The notes under the pieces were generated by a model. It was not told where the DNA came from. It did no database searches and saw only the letters and a program-made list of their open reading frames with translations. A stretch of 64,000 nt of DNA, from the NCBI GenBank assembly GCA_024408295.1, contig JAKSVE010000002.1, positions 7,680-71,679 on the forward strand. The letters run 5' to 3'. The stretch comes from Bacilli bacterium. GTDB taxonomy: Bacteria; Bacillota_I; Bacilli_A; RFN20; CAG-826. A program made the position numbers and the translations under genes. Positions 8,343 to 18,228 of this stretch are shown here, one piece after another. Position 1 is the first letter of the stretch. Each line of letters begins with the position of its first letter.

Positions 8343-9215
8343 ATGATTTACTTAACGATGAATGACGGCCGCAAGATTCCTCAACTTGGTTTTGGATGTT
8401 ATGGAATTCCTTGCAACGAAGAGGGCAAAAAGGCAATTGCCGAGGCTATTAAGATTGGCTATAGACACTTTGACACCGCACACGTATATGAAAATGAGAA
8501 AATCGTGGGCGAAGCAATCAACGAAAGCGGACTTCCAAGAGAAGACTTCTTTGTAACATCAAAACTTTGGCCAACTGAATTTGGATATAAGAAATCAAAG
8601 AAAGCATTGGACGAGATGTTAAAGAGAATCAGACTCGATTATCTCGATATGGTCCTCCTTCATAAGGAAACATTCGACTATATGGGTGCATGGCATGCAT
8701 TAGAAGAGTATCAGGAAAAGGGATTGGTCAAATCACTTGGCGTCTCAAATTTCGAGACAAAGAAAAAAATCGACATAATCTCCGCAAGCAAGACAGTGCC
8801 TACTGTCAATCAATTAGAAGCACATCCATATAGACAGCAAAGAGAACTTGACGCATACGGAAAGGTCAAAGGAATCATCACCCAGTCATGGTCACCTTTG
8901 GGCCATGGATTAAAAGAATTATTATTTGACCCTACCATCAAAGCTATTGCTGAGAACCACAACAAGACCATAGCTCAGATCATTTTGAGATGGCACATCC
9001 AGATGGGATATATCGTCATCCCGATGACAATGAATTACGAGCATATGCGTCAGAACTTTGAGATCTTCGATTTCGAATTGAATTCTTCAGAGATGGAAAT
9101 CCTCGCAGAGTTAGATGGCAAGAAGAAACTAGACACGATGCCAAAGATGTTCTGGTCCACCGCTCATTGGTTACAAGGCTTCTCACTAAAGAGAATCGAC
9201 AAAGCTCAGAAATAA
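8343..9215 (+). CDS. Aldo/keto reductase (2,5-diketo-D-gluconate/xylose reductase-like)
   Basis: IPQLGFGCYG, GYRHFDTAHVYENE, LDYLDMVLLH, SLGVSNFE, NQLEAHPY are AKR signatures. 290 aa. Confidence 0.9.
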   Translation: MIYLTMNDGRKIPQLGFGCYGIPCNEEGKKAIAEAIKIGYRHFDTAHVYENEKIVGEAINESGLPREDFFVTSKLWPTEFGYKKSKKALDEMLKRIRLDYLDMVLLHKETFDYMGAWHALEEYQEKGLVKSLGVSNFETKKKIDIISASKTVPTVNQLEAHPYRQQRELDAYGKVKGIITQSWSPLGHGLKELLFDPTIKAIAENHNKTIAQIILRWHIQMGYIVIPMTMNYEHMRQNFEIFDFELNSSEMEILAELDGKKKLDTMPKMFWSTAHWLQGFSLKRIDKAQK

Positions 9216-9256
9216 AAAAATGGCACTTCCGCAGGGAAATGCCATTTTTTCTTTGT
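9214..9256. terminator. Bidirectional rho-independent terminator between convergent genes (A-run, ATGGCACTTCC-GCAG-GGAAATGCCAT, T-run)
   Basis: ~10-bp stem with A7 upstream and T6 downstream. Confidence 0.75.
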
Positions 9257-9261
9257 TTTTT

Positions 9262-10554
9262 TTACTTTAATGAGAATGATGTGCCGGAGATATATAGTGG
9301 TGTTGAGTAGAAACCTGCGACAAGTTCCACCATATCGTCAACATCGTAAGCACCCATGATTTCATTTGCTGAATGCATTGCAAGCTGAGCAAGTCCGATA
9401 TCAACTGAGGTAAGAGAAACTTCTGAGTTGGAGATATTTCCTAAAGTGCTTCCGCCTCTAAGATCACTTCTATTTGTGAATTCCTGATATGGCAATGCAA
9501 GCTTATCGCATAATGCCTTGACGATGGATGATGAGAATCCATCGCTTGTGTATGACTGGTTTGCATTGTATTTGATGACGATACCACCATTAAGTCTTAC
9601 ATCGGTTGTAGCATCACTGAGGTCAGGTCTATTTGGATGATTTGCATGAGCGTTATCAATGCTGAGGAGCACTGAATTGGCCAATGCCTGGAATCTATCA
9701 TTCTTAGACCATCCAAGAGCCTCTCCGATTCTTGAAATGATGTGCTTCAAGAAATCGGAATGAGCACCTTGCTTTGTAAGTGAGCCAACTTCTTCGTTAT
9801 CGAAGCTTGCGTACATCTGAATTGACGAATCATCCTCTGCATTGATGAATCCGAATAATGCTGAATATGATGAAGCAAGGTCATCTAGTCTAGGGGATGA
9901 AAGGAATTCTCCGTTTAGACCGACAAGAGTAGGTTTCTGTCTATTGACGAGGAATAAGTCATAGGAAATGATCTCGCCAGATTCAACATACTGAGACAAC
10001 ATGTCATTGAAAGAGAATTCATCATCTGTCTCCCCTAACATTGGGATTGAGTCTCTTGCAGGGTTGACTTCAAATGATGAGTTGGCGTTTCTATTCATAT
10101 GGATAGCAACGCTTGGGATATAAAGAAGATCCTTATCGATGTAGATGAGTTCTGGAGTAACTTCATTGCCGTCTTTTACAAACACTCTACCAGCGAGGGT
10201 AAGAGGCTTGTCGAAGAATGAATAATATAAGCCTCCGCCATAAGGTTCGCAGTTCAATGAAGTGATGTTCTTGTATTTCTTAACCGGATTTGGTTTTAAC
10301 TTAAATGTAGGTGAATCAGTGTGAGTTGCAGTGATTTTTAACTGTTTTGCAGGGTATTCAGGCAATTTGAAAGCGATGATGCTTGAATCGTTTCTGGTAA
10401 CAAAATATGAATTTCCTGGATAGAGAGTGAAGTTATCGTTCTCCTTGATTTCGATGAAACCGGCATCAATTAATTCCGCCCTCATGTTTCTAACCGCGTG
10501 GAACTGTGAATACGATGTGCCAAGCAGTTTCATTAATTTGTCTAAATTAGCCAT
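9262..10554 (-). CDS. M18-family aminopeptidase (aspartyl aminopeptidase-like)
   Basis: The N-terminus MANLDKLMKLLGTSYSQFHAVRNMRAELIDAGF and body match the M18 family. Start placed at the internal ATG (10552-10554), which has a GAGG RBS. The 28 upstream codons of the listed ORF have no RBS support. Confidence 0.85.
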   Translation of the reverse strand: MANLDKLMKLLGTSYSQFHAVRNMRAELIDAGFIEIKENDNFTLYPGNSYFVTRNDSSIIAFKLPEYPAKQLKITATHTDSPTFKLKPNPVKKYKNITSLNCEPYGGGLYYSFFDKPLTLAGRVFVKDGNEVTPELIYIDKDLLYIPSVAIHMNRNANSSFEVNPARDSIPMLGETDDEFSFNDMLSQYVESGEIISYDLFLVNRQKPTLVGLNGEFLSSPRLDDLASSYSALFGFINAEDDSSIQMYASFDNEEVGSLTKQGAHSDFLKHIISRIGEALGWSKNDRFQALANSVLLSIDNAHANHPNRPDLSDATTDVRLNGGIVIKYNANQSYTSDGFSSSIVKALCDKLALPYQEFTNRSDLRGGSTLGNISNSEVSLTSVDIGLAQLAMHSANEIMGAYDVDDMVELVAGFYSTPLYISGTSFSLK

Positions 10555-10710
10555 AATCCGCCTCACTAAAAATAATTCAGTATCACAATTATACTCACAT
10601 CTATCGTCTTTTAAAATCCAAAGGCAATAATAGAACAAAATAGCCTATCAAGATTATTTCTTGATTTTTGGTGTTTTTAATGAGGTAATATATATTCAGA
10701 GGAAGCATCT

Positions 10711-11799
10711 ATGTTTTGGGACAGTGTAGTAGATTTTATTATCACCAATTACCTTACACTCAGTATCTCAATTGGTCTTTTAATCTTGCCTTCCACCAAA
10801 TTCTCGAAGAAAGACAGGCAGGATATTGTCATCAAGATAACTGTTGCATTCACCGTCCTTATCGCAGTATTTGATAAGGTTGAATTATATTTCGCAAGCC
10901 TTTCATACCCTACCTTCTGGCGTGTTTTGTTCTCTGTTTTCAACTACATCCTAAGACCAGGAGTCATCATGTTGCTTGGAATCGCAATCGCACCTAGCTT
11001 CATGAAAAAAGTATGGGTCTATATTCCGATCGGAGTTGATATCGCGATATTCTCTACCGCATTCTTCAGCGGAATCGCCTTCTCCTACAACGTTGGAAAT
11101 GGATTCGTCAGAGGCCCATTGGGGTACGTATCCGCTATTGTTTCGGTCATCTATTTGGCCTTGAACTTATTCATGATTCTCTATGAGCATCGAGGAAAGA
11201 TGCTTGATGAGTTGCTACCACTGCTCTTCATTGCGGCAGCTGGTGCTGTTGCAGGCTTCCTTGAGTTGGCGGGAGAAGGCCAAAACATCCTCAATGGTTC
11301 AATCATCATCGGATGTCTCTTCTATCACATCTTCGTCTTCCGTATGAGATCAAAAACAGACCTTCTTACAGAACTCTACAATCGTCAGCAGTTATATTCC
11401 GATATCGAGAAATCAAGAAAATCCATCAAAGCTGTTATCTCAATCGATATGAATGGCCTCAAGAAACTAAATGACTCAAAAGGACATTCGGCAGGAGATA
11501 ACGCATTGGCTAAGATCGGCGAAATCATCAGAAGCAATGTTTCTTTCTACGAAAGAGGATATCGTATCGGCGGAGATGAATTCGTCGTTATCTCCAAGAA
11601 CCCTGACGCTTCATCCGTTGTGTCATTCATCAACAAGGTTGAAGGAGACCTATTCGATAATGGTATCTCATGCTCATTCGGATTCGTCAATGTCTCTGAA
11701 ACCGATAGGATTGAGGACTCACTCCAGAATGCAGACCAGATGATGTATCGCGAGAAACAAGAGTACTACGAGACGTCACAATCTAAAATTGAGAATTAA
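10711..11799 (+). CDS. Membrane-anchored GGDEF-domain protein (putative diguanylate cyclase)
   Basis: ~6 N-terminal TM helices. C-terminal GGDEF domain with ISIDMNGLKKLND, RIGGDEFVVI (GGDEF motif intact). Confidence 0.85.
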   Translation: MFWDSVVDFIITNYLTLSISIGLLILPSTKFSKKDRQDIVIKITVAFTVLIAVFDKVELYFASLSYPTFWRVLFSVFNYILRPGVIMLLGIAIAPSFMKKVWVYIPIGVDIAIFSTAFFSGIAFSYNVGNGFVRGPLGYVSAIVSVIYLALNLFMILYEHRGKMLDELLPLLFIAAAGAVAGFLELAGEGQNILNGSIIIGCLFYHIFVFRMRSKTDLLTELYNRQQLYSDIEKSRKSIKAVISIDMNGLKKLNDSKGHSAGDNALAKIGEIIRSNVSFYERGYRIGGDEFVVISKNPDASSVVSFINKVEGDLFDNGISCSFGFVNVSETDRIEDSLQNADQMMYREKQEYYETSQSKIEN

Positions 11800-11803
11800 A
11801 AAA

Positions 11804-11836
11804 CTGGGCTACACTGAAATGTACCCAGTTTTAATT
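11804..11836. terminator. Rho-independent terminator between convergent GGDEF and LacI genes
   Basis: CTGGGCTAC-loop-GTACCCAG followed by TTTTAATTTT. Confidence 0.6.
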
Positions 11837-11840
11837 TTGC

Positions 11841-12842
11841 TTAGTGCTTTGTTGAGTTTCTTTCAACAAGTCTAGCGTCGAACTTGTAGGACTTCTCTTC
11901 TAATTCACGCTTGATGAGATCGATAAGCATATACATTGAACGCTTTCCGACTTCCTGCCAATCAAGCTGCATGGATGTGATTGATGGGCGAACGATATTT
12001 GCGTACTTTGTGCCGACTAGAGACACAACTTCGATATCCTCTGGGACTCTTAAGCCTGAGTCCGTTGCGGCGTTCTGGATGGCTGCTGCGATGGAATCAC
12101 GGTAAGCGATGAAGTAGCCTTTCTTGTGGATTGCGAAGTACTGAGTGAAATCTGTGTATGTTCTTGCGTAAGAATCATCGACGTTCATGATGTGGTACTC
12201 TTTGTTGATTTCCTGATGTGCTGCGATGAAACGTCTTTCACAGTGGCCAAGTAATCTACCTGAGTTATGAACGTGGATGAATGTCATTTCATTCTCTCCG
12301 CCTTTTGCGTAGTAGTCCTTGATGAGTTTCTCTAAGACAGCGCCATATGAGAAGTTGACGCATCCTGTTCTTTCTCCGACAATCTTCTTGTTGATGACGA
12401 TTGTTGGGCATGAATAGGAATTGATCTTCTCGACATCCTCTTCATCTAATTCGTCGTCGAAGATGATTGCACCGTCGACGTGTGAGACGATGACCTTCTC
12501 AATCATTGCTAATGCGTCTTCTCTTGAGCGGCCTGTTGTAAATAATGTAAGGACGAATCCTTTTTCCTTAGCGACCTCAGAGACGCCGTTAAGCATGTTA
12601 GCGATATAAACGTAGTTAGCGCTTGGGATGACAACACCGATGTTTGTTGTTCTGTTTGTTGCGAGAGCCTGTGCAAGTCCAGATGGCTTATAGCCTAAAC
12701 GTTTGATTGTTTCTTCAACTCTTGTGCGAGTTGCTTCAGTGACGTTGCCTTGCTTGTTAATGACGCGGGAAACGGTGGCTAAAGATACACCGGCAGCCTG
12801 GGCCACCTGATAAATAGTCACGCGATCTTTTAAGTTATCCAT
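11841..12842 (-). CDS. LacI-family transcriptional regulator (CcpA-like)
   Basis: N-terminal VTIYQVAQAAGVSLATVSRVINKQGNVTEATRTRVEETIKRLGYKPSGLAQALA is the LacI HTH. Periplasmic-binding-fold body. AGGAG RBS. Confidence 0.9.
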   Translation of the reverse strand: MDNLKDRVTIYQVAQAAGVSLATVSRVINKQGNVTEATRTRVEETIKRLGYKPSGLAQALATNRTTNIGVVIPSANYVYIANMLNGVSEVAKEKGFVLTLFTTGRSREDALAMIEKVIVSHVDGAIIFDDELDEEDVEKINSYSCPTIVINKKIVGERTGCVNFSYGAVLEKLIKDYYAKGGENEMTFIHVHNSGRLLGHCERRFIAAHQEINKEYHIMNVDDSYARTYTDFTQYFAIHKKGYFIAYRDSIAAAIQNAATDSGLRVPEDIEVVSLVGTKYANIVRPSITSMQLDWQEVGKRSMYMLIDLIKRELEEKSYKFDARLVERNSTKH

Positions 12843-12874
12843 ATATGTACTCCTGAAAACCGTATTACATAATA

Positions 12875-12888
12875 TGTGAAAACATTTT
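12875..12888. promoter_or_regulatory. cre-like palindrome TGAAAACATTTTCA (6-bp arms) 33 bp upstream of the LacI-family gene start; candidate (auto)operator
   Basis: Matches the cre consensus TGWAARCGYTWNCW at 13/14 positions. Read directly. Confidence 0.4.
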
Positions 12889-12966
12889 CATATGGAAGAA
12901 AATCTTATCATAATTTACATCTTGTTTCATAAGTTGTTCATTTTGTTACATGAATTGACATATATA

Positions 12967-12996
12967 AACAAAAACGGACCTTGTTTCAGTCCGTTT
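12967..12996 (-). terminator. Rho-independent terminator after membrane-protein gene (AACGGAC-loop-GTCCGTT)
   Basis: 7-bp GC-containing stem with a T-run on the minus strand. Confidence 0.65.
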
Positions 12997-13012
12997 GATT
13001 GTTTGGATTTTC

Positions 13013-13525
13013 TTACTGCTTGAAGAAATTGATGACAGCGTTTGCGATGTCAGCGTTCTTGTTGTCTAAGAATTGAACTGTCTTAACAAGCTCGCCTTTT
13101 GAGGTGATGTTGATTGTTGTTAAGGTGCTCTTCTTGGCCTGCATGAGTCCATAGATGAACCAGAAGATGCCAGCGATGATGATGAATCCTCCGACTCCAT
13201 AGCAGAGCATTGGCCAGACTGGAAGGAATCTTGATAATGGTCCTCTAGCGATTTCTGAGCCGAACATTGACATGACAGCGACAACGATGCCGGCAAGCAT
13301 GACTAAGATTGATAAGATGATCTTTGGATTCTTCTTCTCTTTCTCAACGATGACGTTTGCCTTTGTTGATGACATTGGAAGAATTTGTGTTTCGGTTGAT
13401 GAACGTGTATCGCCATCTCCGATAGGTGGTTCGTATGAAACGATGGAGAGTCTATCTCCCTCGCATTTGAAGGTGTATTCTGTGATCTTTCCTTCACCAC
13501 TGACTGTAAAATTGACTGACCTCAT
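13013..13525 (-). CDS. Hypothetical membrane protein (soluble N-domain, two TM helices)
   Basis: 170-aa ORF with hydrophobic segments ILSILVMLAGIVVAVMSMF and GGFIIIAGIFWFIYGL. Confidence 0.5.
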   Translation of the reverse strand: MRSVNFTVSGEGKITEYTFKCEGDRLSIVSYEPPIGDGDTRSSTETQILPMSSTKANVIVEKEKKNPKIILSILVMLAGIVVAVMSMFGSEIARGPLSRFLPVWPMLCYGVGGFIIIAGIFWFIYGLMQAKKSTLTTINITSKGELVKTVQFLDNKNADIANAVINFFKQ

Positions 13526-13578
13526 AATGTTGTCCTCATTTCCTTATATAATAAAATAAAGCAATTTTGTATTTCTCT

Positions 13579-14337
13579 CTACTCTTTATTGCTATTTTCT
13601 TCTCTTTTTGGCTGAAATTTTGATTCTTCTTCAACCATTTGGTTGTATCCCTTGGCAACTGGGAGGTTCCACTGGAAGATTACGGCAAGTACTCGAAGGC
13701 CAACAATGACCACAAGAGACAAGAGAATAAAGAGGATTTCAAGACTTCTATCTGGTGAGAGAAGCGTGTATAAGACGTAGATGATTGTGCCCAAGATACA
13801 TGGTGTCATATAGAACTTTTTCTTGAATACCATAGGGATTTCTCCAACGAAGACGTCTCTAAACACACCACCGCATACACCTGTGATAACACCAAGAGAT
13901 GATAAGAATATGACCTTGGATATCATCTGGTAGGATGGATCCATTACGGCAAGAGAAGTTTTAACGCCGGCAATGCAGAACACTCCGATACCGATGGCGT
14001 CAAGCAAGTAAATCCAGAAGTCATGTCTATGCTTCTCGACGAACTTAGCACTCTTCTTGAAGTAGGCTAGAATGAACCAGAACACCGCGATGACGGTTGT
14101 TACTGCCGCAAGGATGTAATATTCAGGATCCCAGAAAATGTGAGGGGCCCCTTTTTGGAGGATTAAATCTCTTAAAAGTCCGCCTCCGAGGACTTCGATA
14201 AGAGTGAGAATGATGACGCCTAAAATGTCCGCTTTCTTACGAAGGGCAGTGATTGCACCGGATGTTGCAAATGAGATACATGCGACAATCTCGATGACGA
14301 AGATAGCGATGTCTAAAGGCGATGTAAACGTAACCAT
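13579..14337 (-). CDS. UPF0126/TRIC-type membrane protein (two glycine-transporter-like repeats)
   Basis: 7 TM. The conserved GGGxxRD-like motif LGGGLLRDL is repeated as VCGGVFRDV. 252 aa. Confidence 0.7.
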   Translation of the reverse strand: MVTFTSPLDIAIFVIEIVACISFATSGAITALRKKADILGVIILTLIEVLGGGLLRDLILQKGAPHIFWDPEYYILAAVTTVIAVFWFILAYFKKSAKFVEKHRHDFWIYLLDAIGIGVFCIAGVKTSLAVMDPSYQMISKVIFLSSLGVITGVCGGVFRDVFVGEIPMVFKKKFYMTPCILGTIIYVLYTLLSPDRSLEILFILLSLVVIVGLRVLAVIFQWNLPVAKGYNQMVEEESKFQPKREENSNKE

Positions 14338-14339
14338 AA

Positions 14340-15443
14340 TTAATAAATAGGATAAGGTACTTTGCTTAATCTGGTTGATGGGATGTCCCCTCTACCTTCT
14401 TTAGCTTGATGATGACCGTCTAACATGACGAGGTCACCTGTGTAACCGACTGTGTCGTTCTTGATGAGGGATGTTCCGACTCCGTACATATCAACCGGGA
14501 CGTTCTCTTTGGTCCACTCATCGATTTTCTTTGCCGTAAAGCCGCTGGAAACGGTGATCTTAACCCAATCGAGTCCTTCTTTGATGAGTTCTTCTTTTAG
14601 GCCGTAGATAAGCTCTTTGCAAACGCCATGAGGATCGAATCCTGATGTGTCCTTGTCATCGAAATAGTGGTCGATTAAGGCTTTTGATGTGTCAACTCTG
14701 ACACCTCTAAGTGATTTACCCATTGCTTTAGCAACCTTGATCGTGTCGACAACGACATTGTTGTTGTAGTCGATTAAGGCTGTGACTAATTCATTAGGGA
14801 ATGTCTCATGATAGATTTGGCAAGCCTTGAGGATATCGCCATTACAGATCTGGATAAGAGCGTGTGGCATTGTGCCCATGCCCTTAACTCCAACCCAAGC
14901 ACCTTGTGCGTCGGTTGAGAATTTCTTGATGCCGGCAACATATGTTGCATAGCCATCACCTGTCTGGGTGAGATAATCATCCTGTCTATCTGCCATGGAG
15001 AATGTGTCTTTGCCTCTTAAGGCTTCCACTACTTCATGGACGTTTGTTGCAACGCTTGTACGTCTTGTGAGGATGCCATCGATTAAAGATTCGAGGAATC
15101 CAAAGTTCTCATACTTGCCGATGACCTTAAGGACTGGCTCGTTTGCGTTGATCATATCGCCGTCATTGAGTGCGTAGATCTCTAAAGATGCTGGATCCAC
15201 TGCAAATGTGTGCAATACTGCGATTGCTTCATCAATACCGCAGAGCATGACATTGTCTCTTCTCTGGAAGAACTGCATCTCAACGATGTGTCCAGGTGCC
15301 CTTTCTGTGACGATTTTGCGCGATTTGAGGAAATAATTGGCGGAATAGTATCCATCTCTCATCCTCTCATCAAATTTGAATGTCTTGTTGGTAAGACGTG
15401 AAATCTTGCCTTCTTCTTTAAGTTTGATTTCTAATTCTTCCAT
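14340..15443 (-). CDS. Nicotinate phosphoribosyltransferase-family protein (short, COG1488-like)
   Basis: 367 aa. GMGTMPHALIQ and VRVDTSKALI resemble type II PRTase (NAPRTase/QAPRTase) active-site regions. The assignment is tentative. Confidence 0.5.
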   Translation of the reverse strand: MEELEIKLKEEGKISRLTNKTFKFDERMRDGYYSANYFLKSRKIVTERAPGHIVEMQFFQRRDNVMLCGIDEAIAVLHTFAVDPASLEIYALNDGDMINANEPVLKVIGKYENFGFLESLIDGILTRRTSVATNVHEVVEALRGKDTFSMADRQDDYLTQTGDGYATYVAGIKKFSTDAQGAWVGVKGMGTMPHALIQICNGDILKACQIYHETFPNELVTALIDYNNNVVVDTIKVAKAMGKSLRGVRVDTSKALIDHYFDDKDTSGFDPHGVCKELIYGLKEELIKEGLDWVKITVSSGFTAKKIDEWTKENVPVDMYGVGTSLIKNDTVGYTGDLVMLDGHHQAKEGRGDIPSTRLSKVPYPIY

Positions 15444-15445
15444 TT

Positions 15446-16021
15446 TTATTCTCCTGCTAAATAGAAGTCATCTCCTGATTTATAGCCTTCAACTATAAAG
15501 GCTCCTTCAACATCGCTTTCGATTCTAAGTTCTTCAGCGATGCAGATGTGACAATTTATTGTTTTGCCGTTTTCTTCATAGCTCTTGAAGGTCTTTCTGT
15601 TGTACTGGATTGTACCATCAAGAGCGATGACCACATCATCACCAACCTTAAGGTTGCTATATTCCTTAAGGGCGGTCAAAGTCTTTTCTCCGACTTTAAG
15701 GGTCACATACTCATCGATTGATGTGATTGTTGCCACTCTATAGCCTGAGTCTACGCAATATGGGAGCTTCTTTAGGCCCGCTCTAGAGATGATATGGTTA
15801 ACGACGTTAACTAATTCTTCCCCTGGCGTGATGATCATGCCATGGGCTCTGATTTTAAGTATCTTTGATAGGTTGTTGATATTGATGCCGATGAGGTCTT
15901 CCCCATCGTACATCGACTCAACATTACCCGCTTTCTTGATTTCAGTTGCCTGTCTTTCAGGCTCTATCAAGATGAAGAGGATGTCTCCATGTTTTTCGCG
16001 GTCATAGAACATGCGGTACAT
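15446..16021 (-). CDS. Hypothetical protein, possibly YtpR-like tRNA-binding protein
   Basis: 191 aa. Position between the NAPRTase-like gene and trmB. The C-terminal region resembles a CsaA/Myf-like OB fold. Low-confidence family call. Confidence 0.45.
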   Translation of the reverse strand: MYRMFYDREKHGDILFILIEPERQATEIKKAGNVESMYDGEDLIGININNLSKILKIRAHGMIITPGEELVNVVNHIISRAGLKKLPYCVDSGYRVATITSIDEYVTLKVGEKTLTALKEYSNLKVGDDVVIALDGTIQYNRKTFKSYEENGKTINCHICIAEELRIESDVEGAFIVEGYKSGDDFYLAGE

Positions 16022-16023
16022 GG

Positions 16024-16647
16024 TTATTCCCCTTTCTTATAGACAAGACGGTTGATGTTCTTGCCTTTTGCGCGGAAGTTCTTTTCATACTCGCTCATAG
16101 CGTCATCACTTCCGTCAAAGTCGTAATTGTCGGTGTCGAAAATCTTGTTGAGATTGATGGCTTCTGCTTCTTCTTTTGTGAAGGCATATAAGTCATCGTT
16201 GTCTGTCTTAATTCTGATTTCTCCGCCATCTTTAAGGATGGACATCATATTGGTGAGTCTCACTCTAGTTGTGAGTCTTCTCTTCCAGTGTTTCTTCTTA
16301 GGCCATGGGTCGGAGAAGTTAAGGAAAATGATATCGAATTTTAGCGAATCCTTGATATTTTCAAATAAAACATCGAAATCATCGTTCATGATACGGATGT
16401 TTGGGATTTCTGAGGCAACGACTTTCTTAGCCATTAATCCAGTGATTGATGTATCTCTTTCAAGAGCTAGGTAGTTACCCTCGCGAAGTCCGCTCATGCC
16501 GATGACGAAATCACCTTTTCCTGAGCCAACCTCCAAATAGAGTTTGTCGGCTTTGAAGAAAGGGTCTTCTAGGCTGATTGTCTTTAGAACCACTCCATCA
16601 TGTTCGTCTAGATATGGAGCGGCCCACTTCTTGTAACGTCCTCTCAC
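16024..16647 (-). CDS. trmB: tRNA (guanine46-N7)-methyltransferase TrmB
   Basis: [13 protein letters not shown] motif and [18 protein letters not shown] signature. Confidence 0.9.
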   Translation of the reverse strand: MRGRYKKWAAPYLDEHDGVVLKTISLEDPFFKADKLYLEVGSGKGDFVIGMSGLREGNYLALERDTSITGLMAKKVVASEIPNIRIMNDDFDVLFENIKDSLKFDIIFLNFSDPWPKKKHWKRRLTTRVRLTNMMSILKDGGEIRIKTDNDDLYAFTKEEAEAINLNKIFDTDNYDFDGSDDAMSEYEKNFRAKGKNINRLVYKKGE

Positions 16648-18014
16648 TTTAAGTTACCTAACATGTAGATTGCACGAGCGTAGATTGCGATATCCTTGAC
16701 AAAGTCTGCTCTTGAGATGAATTCGTCTGGTGAGTGCATGTTGCCCTGAGCTTCTCTGTTATTTGGGAAGACAGCGCCGAATGCGACGGTGTTTGGAGCT
16801 TCCTTAGCGTATGTTCCTCCGCCAATTGCAAGTGGCTTAGCGAATAGATCGAATGTCTCTTTCTTGTATGCTTTCATGAGTGTTGCAACAAGTGGTGACT
16901 TCTTATCGAATAAGAGATGGTTGTGATATCCCTTAAGGGTTGCTTCAAATCCGGTCTTCTCGATGAGCTTCTTGATTGCCTCATCTGGATTTGCTTCTTC
17001 ACCGAATCTATAGTCAAGGCTCATAGAAAGGAGCTTTGATCTCTTTTCATATTTGATGATGCCGTAGTTATATGTTGAAACGCCAAGTTCTTTAGAAACA
17101 TTGTTTCCGCCGAAGAGTGAGCCATCGCATGACTTGATGACATCGACGAGTGATGTGAGAGCATCAAGCTTGTAGAATTCTCCGATTGCCTTGAATGCGA
17201 TTGCAGCGGCGTTGATTCCCTTTTCAGGAGTTGAGCCATGTGCTGATTTACCTTTGAATCTGACCATGAGGATTGGGTCATTTGAAAGGATGTCGCATGG
17301 GACGTTGTTTGACTTGAGGTATTCTTCGAATTTCTTGTCAGCCTTGAGTGTGACTAAGAGAGCATCACAGACTGCGTTAGAAACGACTCCGCCGTCCATT
17401 GCAGTAACTGGACCAAGGTCAACTGTCTTTGTGAGGTTATATCCTCTCATGCCCTTTTCAGCGTAGATCAATGGGTAATCTGCATCTGGTGTGAAGCCAT
17501 ATTTAGCGTGCTCGCCTTTGAATTTGTTGAAGTAATAATCTAAGCAAGATGAGCCTCTTTCTTCATCTCCGCCAGAAACGATTTTGACTCTATATCCCTT
17601 GAGTAATCCAGCATCTTGGAGTAACTTGACTGCATAGATAGCAGCAACGAGAGGTCCCTTGTCATCACAAGCGCCTCTACCATAGATGACTCCATCCTTT
17701 TCGGTTGGCTGGAATGGAGGGTTTGTCCATTTGCCTGTTGCTGGGACAACGTCTGAGTGACCATAGATACCGATTAATGGTCCTTCTTCTCCGATTGTTA
17801 ATTCGGTGCAGTAACCATCGACATAGTTAACCTTCCAACCGAATTCTTTACCGACTCTTCCAACGAAGCCAAGAGCTTTTCTAACTCCTGCACCATATGG
17901 AGCGCCTTCTCTAACTGTTGATGCGTCATAAACGGAATTAATCTTCATGAATTCCTTGAGAGAACCGACCGCTTTGTTCTCATAGCCTTTTGCTAATTTC
18001 TTAAAGTTTGCCAT
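16644..18014 (-). CDS. pepV: M20-family dipeptidase (PepV/Sapep-like)
   Basis: [20 protein letters not shown] and [10 protein letters not shown] are M20 metal-binding signatures. 456 aa. 4-nt overlap with trmB. Confidence 0.85.
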   Translation of the reverse strand: MANFKKLAKGYENKAVGSLKEFMKINSVYDASTVREGAPYGAGVRKALGFVGRVGKEFGWKVNYVDGYCTELTIGEEGPLIGIYGHSDVVPATGKWTNPPFQPTEKDGVIYGRGACDDKGPLVAAIYAVKLLQDAGLLKGYRVKIVSGGDEERGSSCLDYYFNKFKGEHAKYGFTPDADYPLIYAEKGMRGYNLTKTVDLGPVTAMDGGVVSNAVCDALLVTLKADKKFEEYLKSNNVPCDILSNDPILMVRFKGKSAHGSTPEKGINAAAIAFKAIGEFYKLDALTSLVDVIKSCDGSLFGGNNVSKELGVSTYNYGIIKYEKRSKLLSMSLDYRFGEEANPDEAIKKLIEKTGFEATLKGYHNHLLFDKKSPLVATLMKAYKKETFDLFAKPLAIGGGTYAKEAPNTVAFGAVFPNNREAQGNMHSPDEFISRADFVKDIAIYARAIYMLGNLK

Positions 18015-18116
18015 TTTGTCTCCTATGCCTCATCTCATCTTCTAAGAACACCTACCTAATGAAGCTTTAGTGTCTTCCATAACTGTTTACAAACCGCATT
18101 CGAAGATGATTATCAG

Positions 18117-18134
18117 TTATGTCAAATGACATAA
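18117..18134. promoter_or_regulatory. Perfect palindrome TTATGTCA-AA-TGACATAA upstream of the pepV operon; candidate operator
   Basis: Read directly. 8-bp arms. ~100 bp upstream of the pepV start. Confidence 0.3.
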
Positions 18135-18187
18135 AGTCACGACACCGATAGATAGTTTAATATTCTTTAAAAGAAGATTAAAGCATA

Positions 18188-18217
18188 AAGAAAAACCGAT
18201 AGACGTCAATCTATCGG
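18188..18217 (-). terminator. Rho-independent terminator after ECF S-component gene (CCGATAGA-CGTCAA-TCTATCGG)
   Basis: 8-bp stem with a T-run on the minus strand. Confidence 0.65.
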
Positions 18218-18228
18218 TCAACTTCATC

